Shown piece by piece: positions 1 through 9,816 of a DNA stretch of 64,000 nt. The stretch lies in NCBI GenBank assembly GCA_964016885.1, contig OZ024764.1, positions 27,714,001 to 27,778,000 of the forward strand. Direction: 5' to 3'. The notes under the pieces are model-generated. The model saw only the letters and a list, made by a program, of their open reading frames with translations. It made no database searches and had not been told where the DNA came from. The stretch is from Eledone cirrhosa. Lineage: Eukaryota. Within the stretch, counting starts at the first letter, position 1, and the number at the start of each line of letters is the position of its first letter. The translations under genes and the position numbers were made by a program.

Positions 1-693
1 ATTGGCCAACAATTAATATTAATGGAAATGTAGAAGAATTTCATATTAGTGATATGAATGTTTCGTGTGATCACTGTGGAGCTTTGAAATTTAGAAATGA
101 AAATTGTAACTGTTGTAATAAAGGAAAGGTAGTGTTGCCACCATTGCAAATATACCCTGAGAGACTGAGAAATCTCTTTGAAAGAGGCCAGGAAGCAGTT
201 GATTTCACAGAAACATCTGCAATTAAAACTAAATTTATTTCACTTCATTTGGTGTTACCACCCGGCAGAGGCCCGTATAGATTTCATATTCAGGGTCAAA
301 CATATCAATACACACCCATCTCTGTAACCTGCAGAAAATACACCACAATATGGCCAGTTATATATTATTGATGGGAACGAAGGTGTGTAGCACAGATTGG
401 AAGTACAACCAAATAATTGTTTCTGGCACAAGGCCAGCAATTACTGATACTTTATTCTATCGACCTCATAAGGATGAAAACAAAGTCAACCTTAGAGGGA
501 TTTGAACCCAGAACGTAAAGGGCCATAACCCTATGCTGCAAAGCATGGTGTCTGACGCTCTACCGATACTGCCAATCCACTGCCCTAGTCCCAACAAATA
601 ATGACTGCTCACCACAAAAAATGGCTATGATAAGAGAGGTGTTGCATGAATATAATCCATATGTCGAAGTGTACAATACAATGCATGGCATCA
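1..693 (+). mobile_element. Helitron Rep/helicase N-terminal relic, frameshifted and split by a SINE
   Basis: ORF 54-371 reads CDHCGALKFRNENCNCCNKGKVVLPPL and GRGPYRFHIQGQTY, matching the Helitron N-terminal Cys cluster and GPYxFRIxGQ motifs. QLYIID follows in another frame. After the SINE it reads ..MIREVLHEYNPYVEVYNTMHGI. Confidence 0.85.
421..585 (-). mobile_element. tRNA-derived CORE-type SINE (octopus OR-like) inserted in the Helitron ORF
   Basis: Contains tatcgacctcataaggatgaaaacaaagtcaacc (reverse complement of the CORE domain) and ggatttgaaccc (reverse B-box). Flanked by a degenerate duplication, agtacaaccaaataat / agtcccaacaaataat. Confidence 0.8.
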
Positions 694-1240
694 CAAATGA
701 ATATATATATATATACTACTAAAGTGTATGTAAAATTTTAAAATAAATACTTAAATTCAATTTGTATAATTACACATACAATATGTTTTGTTGTAAAACC
801 CTAAATAATGATTTAAGAAATGATGTCAATCTCTTTGTACAGAGAAAAACAATTTATATATATGCATCGTGTGCGCGTGTATACTCCATTTAAGACAGCG
901 AAAAACCTAGTACCTCCTTCAAAGAATGCCAAATAGTTTATGCCTAAGGTGTAACACTAATTAAGTTACTGGTATAGATATTTCAGTTGAACCCTGCTTC
1001 AAACATGCATATTATTATTATATATTTTCAAACACACTTACATACATTATATTTATACACATAGAAATGTTAAAACTAAAGTATAATGATATAACAACAG
1101 TATATAATAGTTTTCTTCACTTTATTGAGATGCAATCGTTTTAAAGAAAAAACATGACAGTATAAGAAATATTTAATATGATAACATAATATTTCAGGTA
1201 GGATGGTGGTTTCTCTTTGAACTAATAATTGTTTCTACTT

Positions 1241-1394
1241 TAGGCACAAGGCCAGCAATTAACCAGTACATTACTGGTACTTTATTTTATCGACCCCGTA
1301 AGGATGAAAGGCAAAGTTAACCTCGGATCGTAAAGGGACGTAACTATGCTGGAAAGCATGGCGTCAGACCCTCTACCGATACTGCCAATTCACC
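1241..1394 (-). mobile_element. CORE-type SINE (octopus OR-like)
   Basis: actggtactttattttatcgaccccgtaaggatgaaaggcaaagttaacctcgg. Same family as 421-585. Confidence 0.8.
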
Positions 1395-1589
1395 ATACAG
1401 TATAATTATACAAATATGCATATAGATAGCAATATATATACACTAATATGTATGTACATATTTATACATATATACATATATATAGGGAGAGAGAGAGACA
1501 CATGTATGTATATATATATACACATGCGTGTATGTATGTGTTTATGTAAATTCTTCGGTATATATATATGAGTCACGGTTTATTACACA

Positions 1590-2956
1590 TTGGAGACACA
1601 GAGAGAAAGAGTTGAAACGAGAGGTGAGAGAGTTGAAACAAGAGAGGAGAGAGTTGAAACGAGAAAAGAGAGAGAGAGTTGAAACGAGAGGAGAGAGAGA
1701 GAGAGTTGTAACGAGAGGAGAGAGAGAGAGAGAGTTGAAACGAGAGGAGAGAGAGTTGAAACGAGGAGAGAGTTGAAACAAGAGGGTGAGGGGAGAGAGG
1801 GGAGAGAGTGATGAAACGAGTCGGAGATAGAGTGTGAAAGAGAGAGAGAGAGGAAGAGAGAGAGAGAGAGGAAGAGAGAGAGAGAGGAAGAGAGAGAGAG
1901 AAAGAGAGAGAGAGAGGAAGAGAGAGAGAGGAAGAGAGAGAGAGGAAGAGGGAGAGGGGGGATGAAACAAGAGGGTGAGGGATGAAACAAGAGAGAGAGG
2001 GGAGAGAAAGAGAGAGGGGAGAGAAAGAGAGAGGGGAGAGAAAGAGAGAGAGAGAGAGAGAACGAATTGAAACAAGAGAGAGATGAAACAAGTGAGGGAT
2101 TAGAGTGTTGAAACAAGAGAGAGAGGAAGAGAGAGAGAGAGCAAGATGGAACGAGAGAGAGAGAGCGAGATGAAATGAGAGCGAGATGAAACGAGAGAGA
2201 GAGAGAATGAGATGAAATGAGAGAGAGAGAGAGCGAGAGAGAGAGCGAGATGAAACGAGAGAGAGAGAGAGAGAGAGAGAGCGAGATGAAATGAGACAGA
2301 GAGAGCGAGATGAAACGAGAGAGAGAGAGAGCGAGATGAAATGAGAGAGTGAGTGCGAGATGAAATGAGAGAGAGTGAGAGCGACATGAAATGAGAGAGA
2401 GAGAGCGAGATGAAACGAGAGAGAGAGAGAGCGAGATGAAATGAGAGAGAGTCAGAGCGAGATGAAATGAGAGAGTGAGAGCGAGATGAAATGAGAGAGA
2501 GAGAGCGAGATGAAATGAGAGAGAGTGAGAGCGAGATGAAATGAGAGAGAGAGAGCGAGATGAAATGAGAGAGAGAGGAAACGAGACTAGAGAGCGAGAT
2601 GAAACAGGAGAGAGAGAGCGAGATGAAACAGGAGAGAGAGAGCGAGATGAAACAGGAGAGAGAGAGCGAGATGAAACGAGAGGGAGAGAGAGATGAAATG
2701 AGAGAGCGAGAGAGAGATAGAGGGAGATGAAACGACAGAGAGAGAGACAGATGAAACGAGAGAGAGAAATAGAGATGAAACGAGAGAGAGTGATGAAACG
2801 AGACAGAGGAAGAGAGAGATGGAACGAGAGAGAGGAAGAGAGAGATGGAACGAGAGAGAGGAAGACAGAGATGAAATGAGAGAGAGGAAGACAGAGATGA
2901 AACGAGAGAGAGAGAGAGCGAGATGAAACGAGAGAGAGAGAGCGCGAGATGAAACT
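1590..2956 (+). repeat. Compound GA-rich block: (GA)n runs punctuated by GAGTTGAAAC, GAGGAAGA and GCGAGATGAAA(C/T) motifs
   Basis: Directly visible. The plus strand is strongly purine-rich. Confidence 0.95.
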
Positions 2957-3299
2957 CTGTCATGTAATGTTATGGACATATCTGCCCCTGGGGCTAATAA
3001 TTGTCATGTAATGTTATGGTCATCTCTGCCCCTGTGGTTAATAATTCTGTCATGTAATGTTATGGTCATGTCTGCACCTGTGGCTAATAAATCTGTCATG
3101 TAATGTTATGGTCATCTCTGCCCCTGTGGCTAATAATTCTGTCATGTAATGTTATGGACATCTCTGCCCCTGTGGCTAATAATTCTGACATGTAATGTTA
3201 TGGACATCTCTGCCCCGGTGGCTAATAATTCTGACATGTAATGTTATGGACATCTCTGCCCCTGTGGCTAATAATTCTGACATGTAATGTTATGGACAT
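2957..3299 (+). repeat. 46-bp minisatellite, ~7.5 units (ctgtcatgtaatgttatggacatctctgcccctgtggctaataatt)
   Basis: Head-to-tail units, e.g. ctgaca at 3185 and 3231 (period 46). No spacers. Confidence 0.97.
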
Positions 3300-3316
3300 T
3301 GCTATCTTGTTTCATC

Positions 3317-4915
3317 TCAAACAGCAAAGTGCAAGAAGAGAAAATTGTCGTGTACAGAACTGTGAATTAAGATTTAGAAGAGGATCAGATATGAGCTGCT
3401 CTAATTTACCAACTAGTAATGATAGCTGTTGTTTTGTGGGGGATTGAGGGCACACCACCTGTACAAAGAGATATTATCATCTTTCCTAAAGACCATCCTC
3501 CTCAGAAAATACCACATAATGCATGCCACTTGGACCTCATGACCGACCGATAATGGTGAATTTTGGTGGCATAGTGCCATGGAGAGGAATGTAGGACCTG
3601 TGTTTGCAATAGACTGACAATGCAGGAGTATTACATATACTGTATAGCATATAGAGGAGGATTTAGTGCGATATATAGGGCAGGTAAATTATTTTAGCAG
3701 TATTTAGTGGATGCCTATATGAAAGTAGAGGGATGCAGGCTTCAATATTTGAGGAACAATCAAGCCCAATTGTGAGTGGATGAGTATAATGGTTTAATGA
3801 ATTATCTAAACAGATGATAACACTGAGCCTTAAAAAATGAAGACAAGATAAGAAACAGAGAAGACATTGACAGAATCGTGTCAGCAGAAATACCTGCATT
3901 GGAAGATGATCCAGTACTACATGAGCAGGTTTAAAAGTTTATGATCCACAGGCCATGTGGTTCTGGAAACCCTTTTCCCCCATTTATACAAAATGGATTT
4001 TTCAAAAAGAACTATCCAAAAACCTACAGAAGGGAAACATTATTGAACCTAAATGGATACCCAGAGTACAGGAGGTGCAAGACAGGAACTGCAGTGTAAA
4101 TTGGATGACATTCAGTAGATAACAGGAATGTTATGCCATTTAATGCCTTTTTGCTTAAGAAATATTGTGCACATATTAATGTTGAAGTTTGCGCTTCTGT
4201 AAAAAGTGTCAAGTACCTCTTTAAATATGTTACATGGGGCATGATTGTACATCTATAGAAGTAACGAATAATGCATTACCTAATGAGGCTCAGAACCAAC
4301 ACAACCATGATGAAATAAGAACCTATCTTTGTTGCAGGTATGTGTCTCAGCCAGAAGCAGTGTCGTGTCTCTCGGAATTTAAGCTTCATGGTACATCACA
4401 TACAGTATACAGCCTAGCCACACACCTGGAGAACAAACAGAGTTTACTTTCAAAGAGGCAATGCTCAGGTTGTGGTAGAAATGCAGGGACCCTTGCTGCC
4501 TGGTTCAAGCTAAATGAACTTGCTTACACCTTCTGGGATGCCGCCTCACTAACTCCAATTATAAGCAGGATCAATAATAATGCTTCTATGGAATATTTCA
4601 ATCCAGAACAGATTATGTAATGGCACAAGATTAGAAGTAGTAGAACTGCATAAACATTTTATCAAAGCTTCTCATATCTATGGTCCTTTGATGGGCAGGT
4701 GTGTTTTGATCCCAAGACTGAAGTTATCCCCCAGTGGTGCCAACATCCCTTTTACTTTGGAAAGACCCCAGTTTCCATTAAGACTGTCATATGCCATGAC
4801 AATCAACAAGAACCATGGTCAAATACATGATAAAGTGGGTCTGTTCCTCCCTGAGCAAGTATTTAACCCTGGACAATTGTATGTTGCTTTTTCAAGAGTT
4901 CACAGACAGATGTAA
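3317..4915 (+). mobile_element. Helitron Rep/Pif1-like helicase relic, internally deleted, with stops and frameshifts
   Basis: Across frames: NLPTSN, EDIDRIVSAEIP, FMIHRPCG, NGYPEYRR, AHINVEVCASVKSVKYLFKYVTWGHD (Rep motif 3 region), RYVSQPEA, TLAAWFKLN, LCNGTRL, QFPLRLSYAMTINKNHGQ and GQLYVAFSRV (Pif1-type helicase C-terminal motifs). Confidence 0.92.
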
Positions 4916-5247
4916 AAATTAATCCTAGCAAACCCCCACCACTCCTACAACTGTTAGCTGTTAGCCCACCCCCAGCACCACCCAACCTCCGTTCTAGTCC
5001 CACCGTTAGAACCAATGCTGCTTACCCTGCCTCTTTTACTAGTTCACTCCGTCGCTCGAATTTCAAAGCTGGCCCTCTACACTTGGTCGTTGCCAGCTCA
5101 CCACCTGGTTGTGCTCTCTGTGTCCGCACTAGCCGGTACCTAAACACAATAAAATGTCACCTGTGCTACCAAAACTACCACAGGAACTCTGTCGGCATCA
5201 GCAAGGCTCAAGCCGAAAGGCTTCAATACTAGACCTGTAATCAGGGC
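4867..5247 (+). pseudogene. Pro/Ser-rich linker followed by a degenerate PHD (C4HC3) finger
   Basis: Hand translation of 5110-5247: CALC-VRTSRYLNTIK-CHLC-YQNY-H-RN-S-VGISKAQAERLQY-*-TCNQG. The deviant S(tct), stop(tag) and G(ggc) are each one substitution from C(tgt), W(tgg) and C(tgc). The frame is stop-free from 4867 to 5229. Confidence 0.65.
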
Positions 5248-5487
5248 CACTTTACCTCCGACGACCAGCTTTCTACCGAGTGTGTGTTGATGGAGGGGAC
5301 ATGAGACCAGCAAAGTCCTAGGAGTAGAGACTAGTAAATAATAAACGGTCCTAGCTATGTTAAGAATATATATAAGAAAAATGTTCTATACATTTAAGAA
5401 GACAAGAGAAATAAATATTTACCTCTTTCATGTAGGTAATATAGCGGTGTTATAAAAGTATAATAACTGATGCAGGTAGTTTGTTTC

Positions 5488-5745
5488 AAACTATAACACA
5501 TATAACTCTATCAGTGAAGCCCTTTAGTATAGGTCAACTGGGAAACTATAACACATATAACCCTATCAGTGAAGCCCTCTGGGAAACTATAACACATATA
5601 ACTCTATCAGTGAAGCCCTTTAGTATAGGTCAACTGGGAAACTATAACACATATAACCCTATCAGTGAAGTCCTTTAGTATAGGTCAACTGGGAAATTAT
5701 AACACATATAACCCTATCAGTGAAGTCCTTTAGTATAGGTCAACT
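5488..5745 (+). repeat. 55-bp minisatellite, 5 units (one internally shortened)
   Basis: Unit aactataacacatataaccctatcagtgaagtcctttagtataggtcaactggga. Confidence 0.95.
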
Positions 5746-5796
5746 AACAGAAGTATTACGGGTATGGAAAAAATTCTAAATAAGCCTACAACAGTC

Positions 5797-5864
5797 ATTG
5801 CGGGCCACTCTGACTGGTCAGGTGGGCTCGATTGTGGCCCGCGGGCCGCCTGTTGCACGCCCCT
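5797..5864. mobile_element. Probable hAT-type non-autonomous DNA transposon terminus
   Basis: gcgggccac...gtggcccgcgggccgcctgttgcacgcccct resembles the GC-rich palindromic subterminal pattern of hAT MITEs. A copy lies at ~43506-43573. Confidence 0.5.
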
Positions 5865-5897
5865 CCTTTAGACAGAATATCTATCACTGTTAAGTAA

Positions 5898-6107
5898 TAC
5901 TGTGATCTGTCGGCTAACTACATTTTCCAGCCTGTGGCGTTTGGGGGAGTCGGGATACTGACTGCGAGATTCCTATCTTCACTGGCGGCTAGCCTGACGA
6001 AGGTGACTGGTGAAGCTCGTGAGGGCACTTGGTTGTTCCAGCTCCTCAGCCTCGCCATCGCCCGAGGTAACGCTGCAGACGTGCTGGCTTGCCTAAAAAA
6101 TCATTAG
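5898..6107 (+). mobile_element. 3' end of a CRE-clade non-LTR retrotransposon ORF
   Basis: YCDLSANYIFQPVAFGGVGILTARFLSSLAASLTKVTGEAREGTWLFQLLSLAIARGNAADVLAC..* matches the FxPVAxE..G..TGxxRE..L.QRLSLAIxRGNAA C-terminus of CRE-like elements with a restriction-like endonuclease. Confidence 0.75.
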
Positions 6108-6189
6108 AGAGGTTTCCCAGTGCTCCTCGCGATACTGTTATCTTTTGCTCTAGTAGCAGCTCGTTTGTCCACCCCTTTCGCCTGCCTTT

Positions 6190-6370
6190 GGTTGTATGTC
6201 GTCCTAGATGTGTGTATTACCTGCTTGTGTGTTGTATGTGGTCCTAGATGTGTGTATTACCTGCTTATGTGGTCCTAGATGTATGTATTACCTGCTGGTG
6301 TGTTGTATGTGGTCCCAGATGTGTGGATTACCTGTTTTTGTGTTGTATGTGGTCCCAAATGTGTGTGCTA
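6190..6370 (+). repeat. Degenerate ~30-41-bp tandem repeat (tgtatgtggtcctagatgtgtgtattacctg), ~5 units
   Basis: Directly visible. A paralog lies at ~43899-44077. Confidence 0.85.
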
Positions 6371-7043
6371 CCCGCTTCTGTGATTTGTTGTTTCTTCTTT
6401 CTCTCTTCCGAGAAACAATCCTGTATTTTTTTAATCTATTCCATGCGTTAAGTAATTAGCAGCAACAACAAACTGATTTTCAGTTGTAAAAAGAATCTTT
6501 AAACCTTCACCATTTACATTAACACATACCATACGTTGTCCCAGCCACAAATAAACAGTAAAAAAAACTTACTTTGCGGTTAAATTCTTCACAATTAAAA
6601 GAAAAATATTTCTAACACGTTTCTAGACAACACCAAGTTACACCGGTAAAAGTAAAAACAAATTCTGGAGACATTTAACGAAACGAAACTATGTAAAGAA
6701 AAACGAAAATTAAACGAAGACAAATAGTAAATTTTAATTTTTATTAAATAAAATACCAGTAATTCACTGCAGTAGATTTAATCAACTTTACTCTCTCTGC
6801 ACGAAAGAAGAAAAAAATTCCTGACTTAGTGCTTAATATATAGAGAGGGGGAGAGTTTGGTGTTACTTCATATAGAGAGGGGTATTGGAAGAGAGTGCCG
6901 TGTAGTAGATATAGAGAGGGAGAGAGTGTGTGCTAATTGATATAAAGAGGGGGATTTGCACCCCCCCCCCCCCCCCGCCTAGAAAAATTCTGAAATGCTT
7001 CGACCTCCCTGTACATATATAGTAAATAAATGTGTGTGTGTAT

Positions 7044-7228
7044 CAGTGGTCCCCAAACTTTTCTGTTCCACACCCCTCCTCTAAAATATGTTTATGTTCC
7101 CCTTTAATATAAAAACAATCCGAGTATTCTGAAAGTATTATTACTGTAATATAAAGTAGAAACCCTTTATTTAAACAAAGCTACGATGCAGCGATGATCA
7201 AAACAAACTTCTCGTAGGTGCTGCCAAG
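7044..7228 (+). mobile_element. Solo outer arm of the fold-back element family, starting with a hAT-like end
   Basis: Starts CAGTGGTCCCCAAAC and shares ttactgtaatataaagtagaaaccctttatttaaacaaagct with 8566 and, with a few differences, 45838. Confidence 0.65.
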
Positions 7229-7684
7229 CGGGGAAAAGTGGATGTATAATGATGATGATATATATATATATGCCCCACCCTTGCAAACAGGGAAAAGCAG
7301 ACGTAAAATGAAAATGATATATATATAGATAGATAGATATGTATATATATATATTTATACTTATACGTCATGGTGGCTACAGGTGCCAAGAGGAAGAAGC
7401 CGGTCAAATCCTCTGATATTTGTTTATCTTCCTTTCCTTTGTATATATATATATAGTATGTGTGTGTGTATGAAGATGTATGACCCCTAGCAAGCCAAAC
7501 TACAGTTACTCCCCAACATGGAGAGCAAATTAAAACATTACCTGTTAGAGACGAACGTGAAATGATTTGTTAGTGAACTACCGGTGTCACAGTAATTATG
7601 TTACCGGTGTAACTATTTCTGTTTACCTTATTTTTAAAGACACTCCTATATTAGTTTAGTGACCTTTCAATTCAAATAAATTCT

Positions 7685-8095
7685 TGATGATGATTGAACT
7701 CGCATCGGAGTAGCCCAACGCCTTGGCCTCCGCGTGTGTGAGCCACATAAATGCTCTCAACGACATAGTGAGAAGAAGCCTGGACGCAGCTGAATTTCCA
7801 TCTCAACTGGAGTCAGCAGGCTTAGGCCGCGGAGATGGCAAGCACCCCGAGGGAATCACCCTCTTCCCATTCGAAGGAGGTAGATCCACAAACCCCAGCA
7901 TCGCTGCCCGTCTCGCAGATGAACATAAAATAAACAAATTCCGGTGTTTGTCCTGGAGCCTCTTCTAAGCACCAGCCGCCATCGAGACCCCGGGCCAACT
8001 TGGACCCATTACAGCCGAGCTCCTCCGCAACATCGCAGTGTCTGTGGCCCGTCTGAGGATGGAGTCCCACGAGGTTGGATGCCTGTTGCAGCAGG
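7685..8095 (+). mobile_element. CRE-clade non-LTR retrotransposon fragment, restriction-like endonuclease region, deleted and frameshifted
   Basis: ORF 7723-7968 NALNDIVRRSLDAAEFPSQLESAGLGRGDGKHPEGITLFPFEGGRS matches ALNDIIRRAL..LEP.GL.RGDGKRPDG.TL.P. An IETPG motif follows near 7981. Confidence 0.78.
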
Positions 8096-8211
8096 TGTTA
8101 CTGTCCTTACATATATATACGTAAATGTTCCCTTGACTGCTATTTCTAGCATATATTAATAGACACTTTAGAAACAGCAGCTAAAAATCAAGAAACAACA
8201 GTGTGTGTCTG

Positions 8212-8218
8212 TATATAT

Positions 8219-8275
<57 letters not shown>

Positions 8276-8354
8276 AGCCAAAGACACGCACACACGAACA
8301 TACACATACACACAGGTGTATGTCTGCGTGTATGTATATATATGTGTGTGTCTT

Positions 8355-8423
<69 letters not shown>
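8212..8423. repeat. Mirrored microsatellite cluster (AT)n-(GA)n-(CA)...(TG)-(CT)n-(AT)n
   Basis: (GA)n at ~8224-8273 and (CT)n at ~8360-8389, with inner aaagacac / gtgtcttt complementarity. Confidence 0.85.
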
Positions 8424-8426
<3 letters not shown>

Positions 8427-8428
8427 GT

Positions 8429-9816
8429 CAGTGATCCCCCTCGCAACCTTTAATTAAACAAACCTGCGATGAGGCGATGATCAAAATAAACACCAAAGTA
8501 TAAACAAACAGCCCATAGGTGCTGCCGGATACACGATAACATGTGTAGACGAAGTAAAACTTTTATTACTGTAATATAAAGTAGAAACCCTTTATTTAAA
8601 CAAAGCTGCGATGCAGCGATGATCAAAACAAACTTCAAATAACATGTGTATACGAAGTGTATCTGGAAGCTTGGTCGTATTATATGACTTTCAAATTGAC
8701 CCCTATTATATTCAAATTATCCCCTGTGGGGCGTGCACCCCACGTTGAGAATCCCTCATAAATAAATATATGTGAGTGTGTTGCTATGACTGCTATTTCT
8801 AGCAGGTTTACTGCAGTCCTGTAGACGCACAACAAAAACCGGAAGTGGCAGCCATTAAAAAACTTTGGCTTAAAATCAGGCAAAAGTTTTTTAACAATTT
8901 GCCAAGAAAGATAACTCTTGTCTTACTTAATCGCAAAAATCGAGGCAAAAATTTTGTGGGTGTACAGTTTGTTTGGTGTATTTGACTGCTATTTCTAGCA
9001 TGTATGGACACTTTAGAAATAGCAGCGAAAAACGGAAAACAGCAGAAAGAAGGACACACACCTATATATATATATATATATACCAGCTATACACTCACCC
9101 ATACATATATATATATACCAGCTATACACACACCCATATCTACGTATAGGTGTGTGTGCGCGCGTGTATGTATATATAAATATATATATTTAAATGTATA
9201 TATCTGTGCATATATATATGTATATATATATACGTGTGTGTCCTTCTTTCTTATGTTTCCCGTGTTTCGCTGCTATTTCTAAAGTGTCCATATATGCTAG
9301 AAATAGCAGTCAAATACACCAAACAAACTGCACACCCGCAAAATTTTTTGCCTCGATTTTTGCGATTAAGTAAGACAAGAGTTATCTTTCTTGGCAAATT
9401 GTTAAAAAACTTTTGCCTGATTTTAAGCCAAAGTTTTTTAATGGCTTCCACTTCCGGTTTTTGTTGTGCGTCTACAGGACTGCAGTAAACCTGCTAGAAA
9501 TAGCAGTCATAGCAACACACTCACATATATTTATTTATGAGGGATTCTCAACGTGGGGTGCACGCCCCACAGGGGATAATTTGAATATAATAGGGGTCAA
9601 TTTGAAAGTCATATAATACGACCCAACTCCCTGTTACACTTCGTATACACATGTTATCGTGTATCTGGCAGCACCTGCGAGAAGTTTGTTTACATTTTGG
9701 GGTTTGCTTTGATGATCGCTGCATCTCAGCTTTGTTTAAATAAAGGGTTTCTACTTTATATTACAGTAATAACACTTTTACAAGACTCGGATTGTTTTTA
9801 TATTAAAGGGGGACAT
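8429..9816. mobile_element. Fold-back element with ~500-bp inverted arms (8563-9060 / 9234-9772) around a microsatellite core
   Basis: ORF-track translations 8680-8883(-) and 9413-9616(+) differ at one residue. The left end cagtgatcccc is hAT-like, and the right arm is truncated before the terminus. Confidence 0.88.

Larger units (their letters stand above)
694..3316. mobile_element. 2.6-kb insertion in the Helitron relic carrying one satellite monomer
   Basis: Filled site ggcaTCA-caaatg...ttcatc-TCAaacagc versus empty site ggcaTCAaacagc at 40637-40649, where the frame MHGIKQQSARREN is continuous. No clear TIR. Confidence 0.8.

Noticed and set aside
2090-2105. gagggattag as a telomeric repeat
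   Set aside because: Not TTAGGG and not in a tandem hexamer array.
2957-3299. 46-bp repeats as a CRISPR array
   Set aside because: Units abut with no unique spacers, there are no cas genes, and the context is eukaryotic.
4234-4915. Functional host Pif1 helicase gene
   Set aside because: No Walker A/B, multiple frameshifts and stops, and flanking Helitron Rep motifs.
8680-9616. Repeated 67-83 aa ORFs (MPDFKPKFFNG..) as a small gene family
   Set aside because: They recur only because they lie in inverted-repeat arms. They have non-ATG starts and no recognisable domain.
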